Shown: positions 13,301-24,600 of the stretch, piece by piece
How the letters are laid out: every line of letters starts with the position of its first letter
Numbering within the stretch: position 1 is the first letter of the stretch
DNA from: Phoronis australis
Taxonomy: Eukaryota > Animalia > Phoronida
NCBI GenBank assembly: GCA_002633005.1
Contig: NMRA01000005.1
Location: 1,533,635-1,597,634 of the forward strand
Reading direction: 5' to 3'
Length of the DNA: 64,000 nucleotides
Position numbers and translations under genes: made by a program
Notes under the pieces: generated by a model
What the model saw: only the letters and a program-made list of their open reading frames with translations
Database searches by the model: none
Told to the model about the DNA's origin: nothing

Positions 13301-14280
13301 ACCGAGCGTCAGCATTCTGGGATGGAATCAACAAGGACATCGACGCCATCGTGTCCAATTGTGCATCGTGCAAAGCTCACCAGAATGCAAATGCCAAAGA
13401 ACCTCTGTTACCACTAGACGTTCCACCTAAACCGTGACACACACTTGGTATGGATCTATTCTACTGGCAACAGAAGGACTATGTCTTAGTCGCTGACATG
13501 TACAGCAAGTTTCCCATCGTACAAAGATTACACTCAACTACGTCCGGTTCTGTCATCAACCATTTGAAGACTATATTTGATGAACACGGTCTCCCCGAGA
13601 AGGTGGCCTCAGACAACGGACCACAGTTCTCATCATACGAGTTCAAACAGTTCGCTGAAGTATACGAACTAGAACATGCTACAACATCACCGATGTTTCC
13701 CCCAAGTGAACGGGTTCGTCGAAAGAATGGTACAGACAGTGAAGAATCTATTCACTAAGGCCTTCGAGACAGGCAGTACCCCCACTTGGCAATGTTGCGC
13801 CTGAGATCAACTCCGATCGACCACAAAACTCCGTCTCCAAGAGAACTGCTCAACGGCAGAAGGTATCACACCATGCTACCTTCTTTGCCTACCAAGGGGA
13901 ACGGCGAGCACAACGAAGCACTTGAAATGCGCCAAGAAGCACAGAAGCGCAACTTCCCCGGCTCAAAACAATTACCTCCACTATATCCGAACGACAATGT
14001 ACGCATGCTAAATACAGATACCAAGATGTGGGAACCTGGAAAGGTTCTCAGTCAGGAAGCCACACCCCGATCGTACAAGGTGACAACCAACCGAGGAACT
14101 TTCCGTCGCAACAGGAGACATTTGCGCAAGACCTCAGAAAACGTCGAAATTGACCAGCACACCGAACTCTACACATCGATGTCAGAAGAACCAAATATCC
14201 CTAACGAAATTCCTAGTGATACTCCTGCGACTACCCGAAGTGAACGTGCTGTGCGGAAACCTCAGCAGATGGACTTGTGA
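10329..14280 (+). pseudogene. Gypsy gag-pol polyprotein with multiple stops and frameshifts
   Basis: Gag with tandem zinc knuckles (CGRCGTAH..DRC, CLACGKKNHWANVC); protease KIDTG; RT LRLCLDPKDLN, RLPFGL, IADDII; RNase H relic; integrase H..HQG..C..C and SDNGPQF. Confidence 0.93.
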
Positions 14281-14409
14281 AAACGGAGCATTTTATTTTA
14301 TTAGTTTTTTTGTTAACACCTTAAGTGTTACACGGAACATTTATCGTCGTAGTTTAAAGGATATTAGACTTTTTATGCCAGCTTCATCTGTTTCTTCAAG
14401 AAGGGGAGA

Positions 14410-14546
14410 TAGCATTAATCCCAATGTGCCTGACCTATAATGCAGTGCTTCTTCCTGTATGATGTAGTGTGTTAAGACAATAGAATTTTACTCTTACTTT
14501 CATCTCGTGATCATTAAGTAACCACGCCACATCCAATAACATAACA
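14410..14546 (+). repeat. 3' LTR lacking the first ~28 bp
   Basis: Follows the PPT directly and aligns to 10125-10257 with a few substitutions and a 4-bp indel. Confidence 0.9.
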
Positions 14547-15259
14547 AGTTCCTTCATCAATTCAGCGTGGATATCTCTTTCGTAATCTGACGACAGAAAA
14601 TGCTTGCCACACACTCGGTAATGGAGCTATTCGGAAAATTCACATTAACTAGAGGGCGCGCGTGTACTAGTGGTCATAGATGAACAGCCTCGATTTCGCG
14701 ACCCCTTTAAATACGGTGACATGTCTTGCAGCTGTGCCAACTGAATCTGAGATTGCGTGAAAAGGGTGCTTCTACGAGAGGAGGTAAGCCCACCCTAATA
14801 CAAAGGTAAGGTTTGTGGTTATTTTAACGATTATTCTATGTTTATTCTACGGATGCCTTTTAACTGAGGTCCTCGCCGATGTCGACTTCGCGGCAGTCTC
14901 CAGTCGGGTTAATCTCTGTTGTGATGTGTGTTACGATACTTGACGTAGCACTTGGGATCTTTTCGTACATGAAAGCAGTATTATCGTTTGGAATGATTTC
15001 CGACAGGTTTATCAGTGACAGTTACATCAATCAATGCTGAATGTTTATCCGCTGTCAACTCTGGTTAGTGAGTTAAAATTACAATCCAAGCCCAATGGCG
15101 AAGGGTAAGTGACAAATATCCATTAGACTATTTGTTTACTCCCTATCCTATGCCTTCCAGAAATCTATTACACGTTGAAATGGAAATCTATCATGTGCGT
15201 TTTCACGTGACCTTTGGTTTTTAGGTTTGAGGTCTTAAGTTGTACCGTGCAGAGGAGAT

Positions 15260-16710
15260 ATGCATCGCTTCTGCACCGTCCCTGAATGGACAAAAATTGG
15301 TTTTAAGCTTTTGACTGCAGCTAACCAGCAAGATCTTCCCGTCCAGTGCAGATCTGTTGTCAAAGCCTACTTTCTAAATCGGAGACAACGACCAAAGCAT
15401 TTGAAAAGGAACAGCTATTTTTTTAAAGAAAGGTATGCAAGTCATTTTGTTTATTTACTTATTCTGGTCCTCAGCGGGGGATTGGTATAAAGGGTTAGGG
15501 TAGTAAAATTTGTTGCAACTGACTCTGTGGAAATAACAGGTAATAAACGTTTGAGGGAAAGAGCATGGCGAGGTAATTCTTAATCTTCATGAAGCTCCTT
15601 CGAGTTTATTTCATGAAACCGTTTTGCTATAAATTGTAAACCCATAAAAATATATTACATTTTCTAAATTTTCAGTGAGTCTTAACTCATGCCTTGAAAT
15701 GTTGCAAGTCATTTATAAATTCAAATGATTGCCATTTTGTGAAAATTGCATTTTTGATGGTGCCTTACGATTTGTAATTACTCTTGAACAACAGAAAGAT
15801 TATCCATCATTTTTAAATGACCCAAGTAGTCATATCTTCCATTAGAAGAAAAATAAAATGTCTGAGAAACCGTTCCCTCAGCCTTAGACCAGAAGTATGC
15901 TTGACAGACCCATGAATCTGTAATCGGAGATTAAAATTGCTGAAAGCATCAAAAATATAAACCTTGAAAATGGTAACAAAGGTTTTAAGTTGTCTCAAAA
16001 AACTTGCATATTTTGCAGACAAGTGATGCGTTTAAAGAATTGCTATGGCTAAGAATGAACGATAAAGACGCAGTTTTATACAATAGTTATTATGTACACC
16101 CTTGCTTTCTGAATATAGTAATTATTTATTTTTTTGTGAAATTGTAGAGCAGTCACCGTATCATATTTTTGAAAAACAGGGGCAGCATTTTTAACCCAAC
16201 TTGGACTACTTAATTATCCATATTTCAACATTTGTTCCAGGTTCAGTGACATTTTAAGACCACTTCAAGCCGCAACACAGACAAGCTTTGTTACTCCTTT
16301 CTCTTCCCACAGCATTTACAGCAGTGCTGCATGGCACAATGTCCAAGTCAGTGGTACTGGAGAAATGTGAATCGCAGTACTAATTTACCATAAAACAATG
16401 TGCCAGTGGATTGTTTGTGTATGAAGAGAAACTAAATCTGACTGCTACACAAGTCAGTTTCATTAGTGAGGATGTCCTTTGATAGGCAGTGAGTCATGTG
16501 TGGACAATAGCTTATTTCCTTTTCTGGAAGAAACATGAGGGACTGAACCTAAAGAAGACCTAGTGACACTCTAGTCTAGTTCAGGGTCAGAGTTTGCGCA
16601 CAAAACAAGTCAAGTGATATGCTGTTGTGTGTACCTTGTGGATGTTATTGAGGCTGAATGAGGTTACACGAAGGAAAGCCACGTGCTGAAACTGGATCTT
16701 TTTTACAAAC
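15260..16710 (+). pseudogene. Degenerate YqaJ/lambda-exonuclease-type accessory gene of an ISL2EU/Kolobok-type transposon
   Basis: Fragments PEWTK..DLP..VKAYF (15260-15430), AVLHG..SGLFV (~16320-16420) and VQGQ....KLDLFY (~16575-16710). Many stops. Confidence 0.5.
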
Positions 16711-17597
16711 GCTTATATAGGCCATTGAAACTAGATCCCAGTGAAATGAAAACCAAAAGCATTTGTGATAAATATCTGTTCTTTCTCACTGAGTGACATT
16801 AACTTTTCCTTTCAGAAGAAAGGCTTTTTACAAATGGTAAAAACTTTTCAATTTGGCACACATTAGGGGGGATGACATTTAGTGACTGCATCGATTGTCT
16901 TATTGTCAGTAGAAAGCCTGTTAATGTTACACTTTGATGATGGAATAATTTTTTCATCAACAGACAAGTTTGTCACTAATTATTGAAACCACAATATTTC
17001 TTCAGTTTTAAAGCCCCATACAGTGCAGTTGTGCTTATTTTTTATAAAGCTGAAATGATTACCGAATATGTTTACTGTCAGAATAAATATTGATTAAGTA
17101 ATTAGTAAGAATAGATCCATTTTAAGTGGCCCAAAATTTGTGCATATGTATTTTTAAATCATGGGGTCAGACTTGTGGACATGTATTTTAACGTCAAAAT
17201 CTATTTTTAGATGGTGTTTACAACTTTGGGTTCTGGGGTCAAAGTACTCTAGAGATTCTAGAATATTCTGAGAACAAATTGTAATAATACGAGTGGATAT
17301 GATCATGTGGTTTTTATTAGCCAATCACTAAATAAATAGAATGTTATATTATGGGCTGAAATCAACAAGATAATTAGATGCGCTATAGTAGTTGAAGCAT
17401 AAAGACTTGCTACAGTGTACAGAAGCAATTGTACGACAGAGCCATCTCGTAGAAGATTCTAGAAAGGATCTTGGCAAGGGCAAGGGTTAACGAACAGGAA
17501 GTTAACTAAGAGCTTGTCACTTGCATCGTGGGTAGTAAGATACTACCTGAAGTGTTGCGTCATCAGCCAGAGACTGTGACCAGCAAGAAGAATCGCG

Positions 17598-17891
17598 NNN
17601 NNNNNNNNNNNNNNNNNNNNNNNNNNNNNNNNNNNNNNNNNNNNNNNNNNNNNNNNNNNNNNNNNNNNNNNNNNNNNNNNNNNNNNNNNNNNNNNNNNNN
17701 NNNNNNNNNNNNNNNNNNNNNNNNNNNNNNNNNNNNNNNNNNNNNNNNNNNNNNNNNNNNNNNNNNNNNNNNNNNNNNNNNNNNNNNNNNNNNNNNNNNN
17801 NNNNNNNNNNNNNNNNNNNNNNNNNNNNNNNNNNNNNNNNNNNNNNNNNNNNNNNNNNNNNNNNNNNNNNNNNNNNNNNNNNNNNNNNNNN
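17598..17891. other. Assembly gap (N run)
   Basis: Continuous Ns. Confidence 1.

Positions 17892-17945
<54 letters not shown>
17892..17945 (+). repeat. (TG)n microsatellite abutting the gap
   Basis: Pure TG run. Confidence 0.98.
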
Positions 17946-17955
<10 letters not shown>

Positions 17956-18199
17956 ATTATTTTTAGAGCTTTTTTAAGAAGGCCTTTGAACAATTGTAAG
18001 TTTTGTGTTAACTTGTCTATGAACAAACTTTCCACACGCAAGAAAAGTATGTTTTCAATTGTAGCTAGCTGGATAAGACTCTACTCTGCAAAAGATTCGA
18101 GAATAAAAATCATCAGTGTATTTAAAAATAAAATGGCAAACTGAACAACCACATACATACAAAGAAACAACATTGTGCATAATCGGTCATATCAAGAGC

Positions 18200-19450
18200 A
18201 GAATTCCTGAATTAGGCTCAATTCTCTCAAGTTATTGCTGAAGCATTGCTTTTCACTTTGTCAAAAGGTAAAATAGATGGTCACGCGGCTGGTTTCAGTA
18301 GTTTTCTCTTACCTGTAACAGAATAGTTGGAGAAATATTAGCAAATTATACAAGAAAATGCAAGACAAAACTACTTTTGTAAGACAGAACATACTTGATG
18401 TTTCATTTTCATGTTTTTATGTAGAAACTATTAATCTTTGTACCCAAGTCTTATTTAAGATCTGAATTAAAATACATGTATGTGAAACAGGCTAAAAGTG
18501 ATATAACAATGTGTATATTTCATGACACCTAAAATGTGCTTCTGATCTCGAAAAGTAAAATTCATTCTAGGTGTCAATTTTTGTTCCAATGTAATGTTAC
18601 GATATTTACTGAATAGCTTATTCATGTTCATTCTTGTTAATTGGGTAAGTACATGTAAATCTGGTAGTCCTGGGGGTGGGGTCGGCTATAAAATAAGGAA
18701 ACTCGCACATCTACAGAATTTTATTGGACATAGCATACTTCTTAAAGAGAAACTACTGTGAAAAAGTCACCCTTGACTTCTGATCGTCACGTACCATACA
18801 CCTCTTATGTTGGGCGCACTCCCACCCAGGACAATTGAATATGTGAATATGTGCTGCTAGCTCACCCGGCATCCGAGTCCCGGGTGAGTTTCCGAAAAGA
18901 AACACTTAGTTCCACTCAATAAACCACCCGTTATTCAGTGGGGTAACTGGTGGGGATAACATCACCGAACGATGTCGATAGAAACTGGTTGCTAAAAACT
19001 TACCAAGTAATGTTTATGTAGTCTCCAAATGGAAATGCATAGAGCACACACTGACGGGGCTTCCGCATCCACACACTTTTTGTCAGTTGGTTGATCCTTT
19101 TGACCGCTATTCTCCACAAATGTAGTACCTTTAGGTCTTTTGGGAATTTGTGACCACCTGTCGAAGACTTGCACCAAGGAAAATAGCAATAATAAGGCTT
19201 AGCGCGACGATGTATTTTGACAATAATTCCGTCATTTTATCACCTGTTTACATGCAGACAGCGACGCATGCGCAATTCAATCACCACTAGTACAGCAGCG
19301 ACACCGCGAAGAGAATTCTCCGAATAGCCCCATTCTCCACTGCTTTGTAGGTTGTGTGGACGGGTAACGATGCGTTCTTCAGACGAACAAGCTAAGTGCG
19401 GCGAAGTGAGTCATCTTCTGGAAAGCAATGTAATGGTACACCCAGAGGGC
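18200..19450 (-). pseudogene. Second degenerate THAP-domain transposase N-terminus, intron-containing
   Basis: LHCFPEDDSLRRT*LVRLKNASLP (~19360-19435), VCSMHF (~19033-19050), GT donor ~19003, AG acceptor ~18313, then KRKLLKPAA*PSI. Confidence 0.6.
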
Positions 19451-19775
19451 GCATGAGACAATAATGACTAGATCCCGGTTAGCAACAACTGTGCGGCTTG
19501 TTTGTTGACTGACTCGTAAACGATAGCAAACGACGACTGAACTTATAACAACTGAGGTAGAACGATGACTGACTCGACATCTCAAACAGTCAGACTATAT
19601 GAAAATAAATGGCTCAAATTTCTTGACTCCCTAATCGTCACTTCCGGAGTAAGGGACAAGTAACTAATTAAACTACGATAAATTGTAATTAACTGAAAAG
19701 TAAGTCTGGGATAGTCAATTACTTTAAGAGCTACAGCGGCATACGACGAGTTAGTATAAATATATACTGTATACG

Positions 19776-19935
19776 CAGTAGCGGATCTAAGGAGGTGGGC
19801 CAAAGGAGCTCTGTCCCCTAAAATTCTCCGAGATTCCATTTCGCAGTTCAGGGGTGCGAATGTCTGACGGGCAAATTCTTGGCTAATATTCTGCACTGCC
19901 CCCCCTCTTAACTCAAAATCCTGGATCCGCCCCTG
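19776..19935. mobile_element. hAT-type MITE
   Basis: Termini CAGTAGCGGATCTAAGG and CCTGGATCCGCCCCTG. Confidence 0.65.
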
Positions 19936-20593
19936 GTATGCCGGTTATTTATCAGAAGTTCTGACATTGATGTCAGTAAACCTATAAGGATCTAAGGATC
20001 TGAACTTGAATTGGTGGAAGTGGCTGAAATCCTAAACAGCCAATTTCAGTCTACTTTAAGGCCAAGTGAAAGTAAGCCATTGTGAACGATTTACGTGAAA
20101 CAATCGTTTTATGACCGAAAAGAACAGGCTTTATTTTTTACTTCATTGTGCATTTCAATTACCAAAGATACATGAAAGGTTTTGATTTTCAAAAATTAGG
20201 CCAAATTACGTTCCATTGGTTTTCTACAGAGAACTTGTCAGCAAAATACTTGTATTGATCTCATCCCATTCTCTTGATAACACAAGAACTAGGTTGCGAA
20301 TTGTCCAGTTTTATTACTTGTTATTATTGTCGTCGTCATGATTATTATTTCTATCACTATTATCAATATTACCACAGATACTATAGAGAAAAACCAACAC
20401 CATAAGAAGATCACCCCTCTGATACAAAAGAATGCCTCGCTTTTCTGCAGAGTGAGGCTATAAACTTTTGGCAATCAAAGAAGGAGCACTTTCAAGGTCA
20501 AGCATTTTGGTTTCGTACCGTACCGAAAATGTCATCCTGAAATTTTAGCCAAATCGTGTCGTGAAAGAGTCTACAAATTAATGTCTTTCTTAC

Positions 20594-20733
20594 CAATTTT
20601 AATGTCGTTTGTTCATAAAAAAAATAGAAGACAACGTTGTGGATGAGAAGAAGGCCGACAGTGACAACAAAGACAAGCAACTCGTAAGGCCTTTCGCTGT
20701 ACACTCCATGGAGGACGTAGTACGCACAGAAAC
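20594..20733 (-). CDS. Exon 3 of DUF7789-like multi-pass membrane protein
   Basis: ctgttctAG | (C)FCAYYVLHGVYSERPYELLVFVVTVGLLLIHNVVFYFFYEQTTLKL | GTaaga; 140 nt, phase 1-0. Confidence 0.9.
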
Positions 20734-21004
20734 CTAGAACAGCACAAACCATATGATCACGCTTACAATAAAGCCTTTGGCCTATTATGCCATTAGATGA
20801 CTTTCGTCGTGTTGAAATTCACTATCAATGCCGGCAAATTTTCACTGATGTGAGGTGGGATGTACTAATTTCTTACGAAAGGAGGAACACCTCTTGAAAC
20901 ATCCATGTCCCACAAATTTCCCACAGTGAAAAGAATTCGCGGCCACGGAATTGTTCCGGCCCACTCCTTTAATTGTGGTCATAAAAATTAACACTAATTG
21001 CAAG

Positions 21005-21190
21005 TGCTTAAAAATAACCGCAATCTCGAAGAAATTCAGCATAAAACAACACGGCGTTTCGCTTTATTAACTAAAAACATCATCAGGTGATGTTTACCTG
21101 CACTCACCTGACGATGCTTTTCTTTTATACAAGCGAGTAATCGTGTTGGTTTTCAATAAAACTCTTTGTGATCGCGAATATTTTTAGTTT
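21005..21190. mobile_element. Inverted pair of Penelope-like terminal repeats with hammerhead-like cores
   Basis: Minus arm CCTGATGATG..AAGCGAAACGCCGTGTTG; plus arm CCTGACGATG..AAGCGAGTAATCGTGTTGG..AATAAA. The arms are homologous over ~85 bp around a centre at ~21097. Confidence 0.55.
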
Positions 21191-21449
21191 TTAACGCATT
21201 TCATATACCAGAGAATTTGGAGAGTTGAAGGATGGGTGTTCGCTCATAAGTGTCACCAGGTGGCTATCACATCAATGTCACTGTCAAGTTTATTCGGCAT
21301 TTTGTCACTCGGGTGGTTATAGATATGTACAGATAAAATGCAGTGAAGCTTCATTGAGATGACATTAACGCTCAATAAGACATTTGAAATTAATAGTACG
21401 TACGGTATAACGTACTGTCAGAAACAGGATAGTTTAAAAGTAGACTTAC

Positions 21450-21612
21450 AAAGATGAAACGCAAAAATCAGGCTAACTGTGAAGTATGGCTCTGTAGGCT
21501 CGAAGACACAGACGAGATTATGGATGGCGAAGCCAAGTGCTCCAAATATACTCAGTAGAGAAATGATAAGAAATACTATTTCTCTCACGGTTGTATTGCC
21601 ACATCTTTTTCT
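21450..21612 (-). CDS. Exon 2 of DUF7789-like multi-pass membrane protein
   Basis: ttcattttAG | RKRCGNTTVREIVFLIISLLSIFGALGFAIHNLVCVFEPTEPYFTVSLIFAFHL+T | GTaagt; 163 nt, phase 0-1. Confidence 0.9.
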
Positions 21613-22548
21613 CTAAAATGAAAATAAACACAATCAGACCATACACACTTTTATAATCCGTATTTTTCTGTTTTGCCACGAGTTATGGCAAATTTGAAGC
21701 AGACGAAATCAAAAGAGCTCGACTGACTGAGTCTAGTCGTGGCTCGAATTTCAAAAATATGGCGTCGCAGTCGTTGACAAAAGGACAGCGAAGACTGGGT
21801 ATTCAAAGGTGCTGCGCATTTTTACGCAAAGGCCCTATGCCTAAACTTACCTTTACCGTCATCTTCAAGCTTTTAGATTATTATCCTGAACCTGTTTTTT
21901 CAAATACCACAACCTTTACTGATTTCATACATAGCCATATATCGAATTAGCGGGATACAGGGAGCCTGCCTTCCCCTACGGATACGACAAACTGCAGCCA
22001 GCATACAGTTTCAGTAGTTACGTGTGTATTTATCCTTTTGTGCCCCCCTTACAACATCCTAGATCCGCCAGCGTTTTGCCTGTAAAAGGACAGAATAATG
22101 CAGGAGCAGCTCCTGCTAAGAAAATTGGGGGGAGGGGCAGATTTAACATACAACAATACCCGGGCTGCGTTCCGTAGACTACAAGACATTAGGTTGCACT
22201 TACAGAGAAAAAAATTTGTTTTAGTTTGTTAAGAATTATTGGAGTTAAGCTCAGAAAGTGCTAGTAAGCCTTATAGTTGGGTGACAATACATATACAGTC
22301 GAATGCACAAGTTTTCGTATTCATTTAGATATACTATAATTTGGCAGTAATCTTTCTCGTATACATACAGATGAGATATGTGTCTCGAAATATCGCTTTG
22401 TAAATTATGTTACCTACTGATGTCGATTGAATTTTTATTGCACTGTTGTTGTGTAAAGACATGATATTTATTTAGAGAGTTGGAAAGAACTGAAATTAAA
22501 ATCGTAAGAACAGATCAAAGTTGTGTCTTTAATGAAAGGTGTATTTGA

Positions 22549-24600
22549 AGGAGCATGCCACCCAAAAACAACCTAATTTGTATCAATTTAGATCGAGTAG
22601 TTCTACTCAATAACCCCACGTACGGTTGCGTTACCTGAAACCTGACGGCAGATGGAGCGGTTGAAATTATCCAATGACGTCATTGGTTTCACACGCAGTC
22701 TGTTCAGCAGTTCACAACCCGGGTTACTGCTGTCAGCTTATTGCTTGAAATCATCGTTTAACATCAATAAATCATCAAACTTCTATGTAAAACCCTTAAC
22801 AATACACCGAGGTCTTATAAAAACGTGCTGTTTTATTTCGCTGTTACGGATTTATTGGTATTTGGAGACAGCGTAGCATACAAAGTTCGGCAGGACAATA
22901 TTTACCACTGAAGGTCCGTAGCAGGAGCTTGGGGTCTGTTCGGAGATAAATTCGGAATATTTTACCGTGAGATACAGACAGGAGAACTTAGATCTGTGTT
23001 GTATAGACTTGCGACTGTTTGAGGTCCAAACACACAAAACGCTTGTTATCCCGGCGAGTGCCGGGGTCTGGCTGTAGGTCTTTCCGATCAGGCCCGTCAC
23101 GGCCCGGGGACTGACTCGTTATCCCGGCCAGTGACCGCTCAGAACCCGATCAGGCCGGACTGCAGACATCACGAACATAAACCAGCCAAAGTTGGAAACT
23201 AAGCTTCCAGTCAAGAAAATACTATTATACTAGTGAGCCAAAGTACTGTGCACGTGATTATGTTGGTGAATTAGCCACCTGCAAATCTACTTACTCGTGG
23301 GGGGCAACGAATTCAGGTCCCCCTTTGGCCACAGAACCTTCAGAGCAAAAGATGTACATTGAAAATCATTATTTAAATAATGTAAATGTAAATATAAATT
23401 TATTTATTTATTTATTATTGTGATATTTAAAATGAGGGTGGCCTCTTCAGTGACAGCACTGCTTTCCAAGAGGGCCCTCAACAAGAAAAACAGTAATATA
23501 ATACAATGAAGTAATAAAACAACAATGAAATATACGTAACAAAGATACAATTAAAACAGTTAAGGTTGAGAATTAAGACAATAACTAAATGACAAATAAT
23601 GGTAAAAAATTAACTAAGACAGATGAAATAAAGTAAGAGATGACTCTAGACAATGAGAGTATTTACGACAATGAAAAAATGACATGATTACGATAGGCAG
23701 GGTATAAAAGGTTAAGTAAAGATTCCCCTAACACCTGGCCGTGGAATAGAAAACCGAGTAATTGTTTCACAGCAGTTTCTGTCAGCAATCACTGAATTAG
23801 CATGAGCTAACACGGCCTCGGTGTCCGGTCAATTGGTTTTATTGCACTTAAAGCCGGTAACGCAGTGATTTATTCATTGCAGCTAGGCTTCAGTCTCAAA
23901 TCATTTGGCATGCACTCACGAACACTCCAAAGGCATTACAAATTGCATCTAATGAGACAGACTTTGCTTCAGTTTTATATAAGTATTGGTTAGGGTGAGA
24001 ATAATTCATTTTGAAACAGAACGCTCAGTATTAAACGTCAGCATGGCAACTCGCAATCCCGACTTAGACGAGAGCTCATGCGACGAAGACTTCGCAGGTG
24101 GATCGTTAAGTTTCACAGGCTATCAGTTCGAACCGGAATACAGTGATGAAGAAATACTAGAGAGGCGCCGTGAACAAGCTCAGGCAACGGAACGTTTGGA
24201 TAGTTATTTGGTAAGACGGCATTCGTCAGACTCACTGTCGACAACTGCAGGCCACAGACACGGAGATGTTTCATGGCCTAATACTTGCTACTTACAGCGT
24301 ACTGTTCATTCTTCACTACCGCGAGCCACTTCCTAAGCTATTCAGACTCTCGAGGAAGTCGAAAAAATGATATACCCGCTTTCCTCGCAGCTGCATAGTT
24401 CCGACAAGCAGGACGTCACACTGGAACATAACTTCATTCACTTTGCAAACGAACCACTGACGTCGGTACGTCGTTTCTCACCTTCCTCACTGGATAACGC
24501 GGCACCTCTCGGCAAGGTAATGTCGACCGCATGCGAGGCGATCTGGATATAGACCGATTAAGACGGTAAAATGACTAATTAAATCGGATGGCATTCTCCT
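22549..24600. mobile_element. Non-autonomous Kolobok DNA transposon
   Basis: TIRs AGGAGCATGCCACCC and GGATGGCATTCTCCT; flanks TTGA and TTAA; internal ORF remnant MAT...GYQFEPEYSDEE at ~24042-24210. Confidence 0.75.
23395..23700 (-). mobile_element. 3' tail of an L2-like LINE nested in the Kolobok element
   Basis: (TTTA)n tail followed by the stem-loop-like GAGGGTGGCCTCTTCAGT..ACTGCTTTCCAAGAGGGCCCTC. Confidence 0.4.

Larger units (their letters stand above)
10097..14546 (+). mobile_element. Full-length but inactivated Ty3/Gypsy LTR retrotransposon (Mag-like)
   Basis: TG..CA termini; 5-bp TSD AGTTC (10092-10096 and 14547-14551); two LTRs; PBS TGATGTCAGGAGTG complementary to the tRNA-Leu 3' end; PPT AAGAAGGGGAGA; domain order gag-PR-RT-RH-INT. 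Confidence 0.95.
9567..14706 (-). pseudogene. Degenerate THAP-domain (Kolobok-type) transposase split by the Gypsy insertion
   Basis: Removing the Gypsy element and one TSD rejoins RVCGKHFLSSDYERDIHAELMK-EL-AKRRLKKGAVPSL (THAP C..HF and AVP motifs). A Kolobok-like end, CGCGACCCCT-TTAA, lies at ~14697-14710. Confidence 0.7.

Noticed and set aside
17517-18144. Long ORFs with HT/CV repeats
   Set aside because: Artefacts of the N gap and the (TG)n microsatellite.
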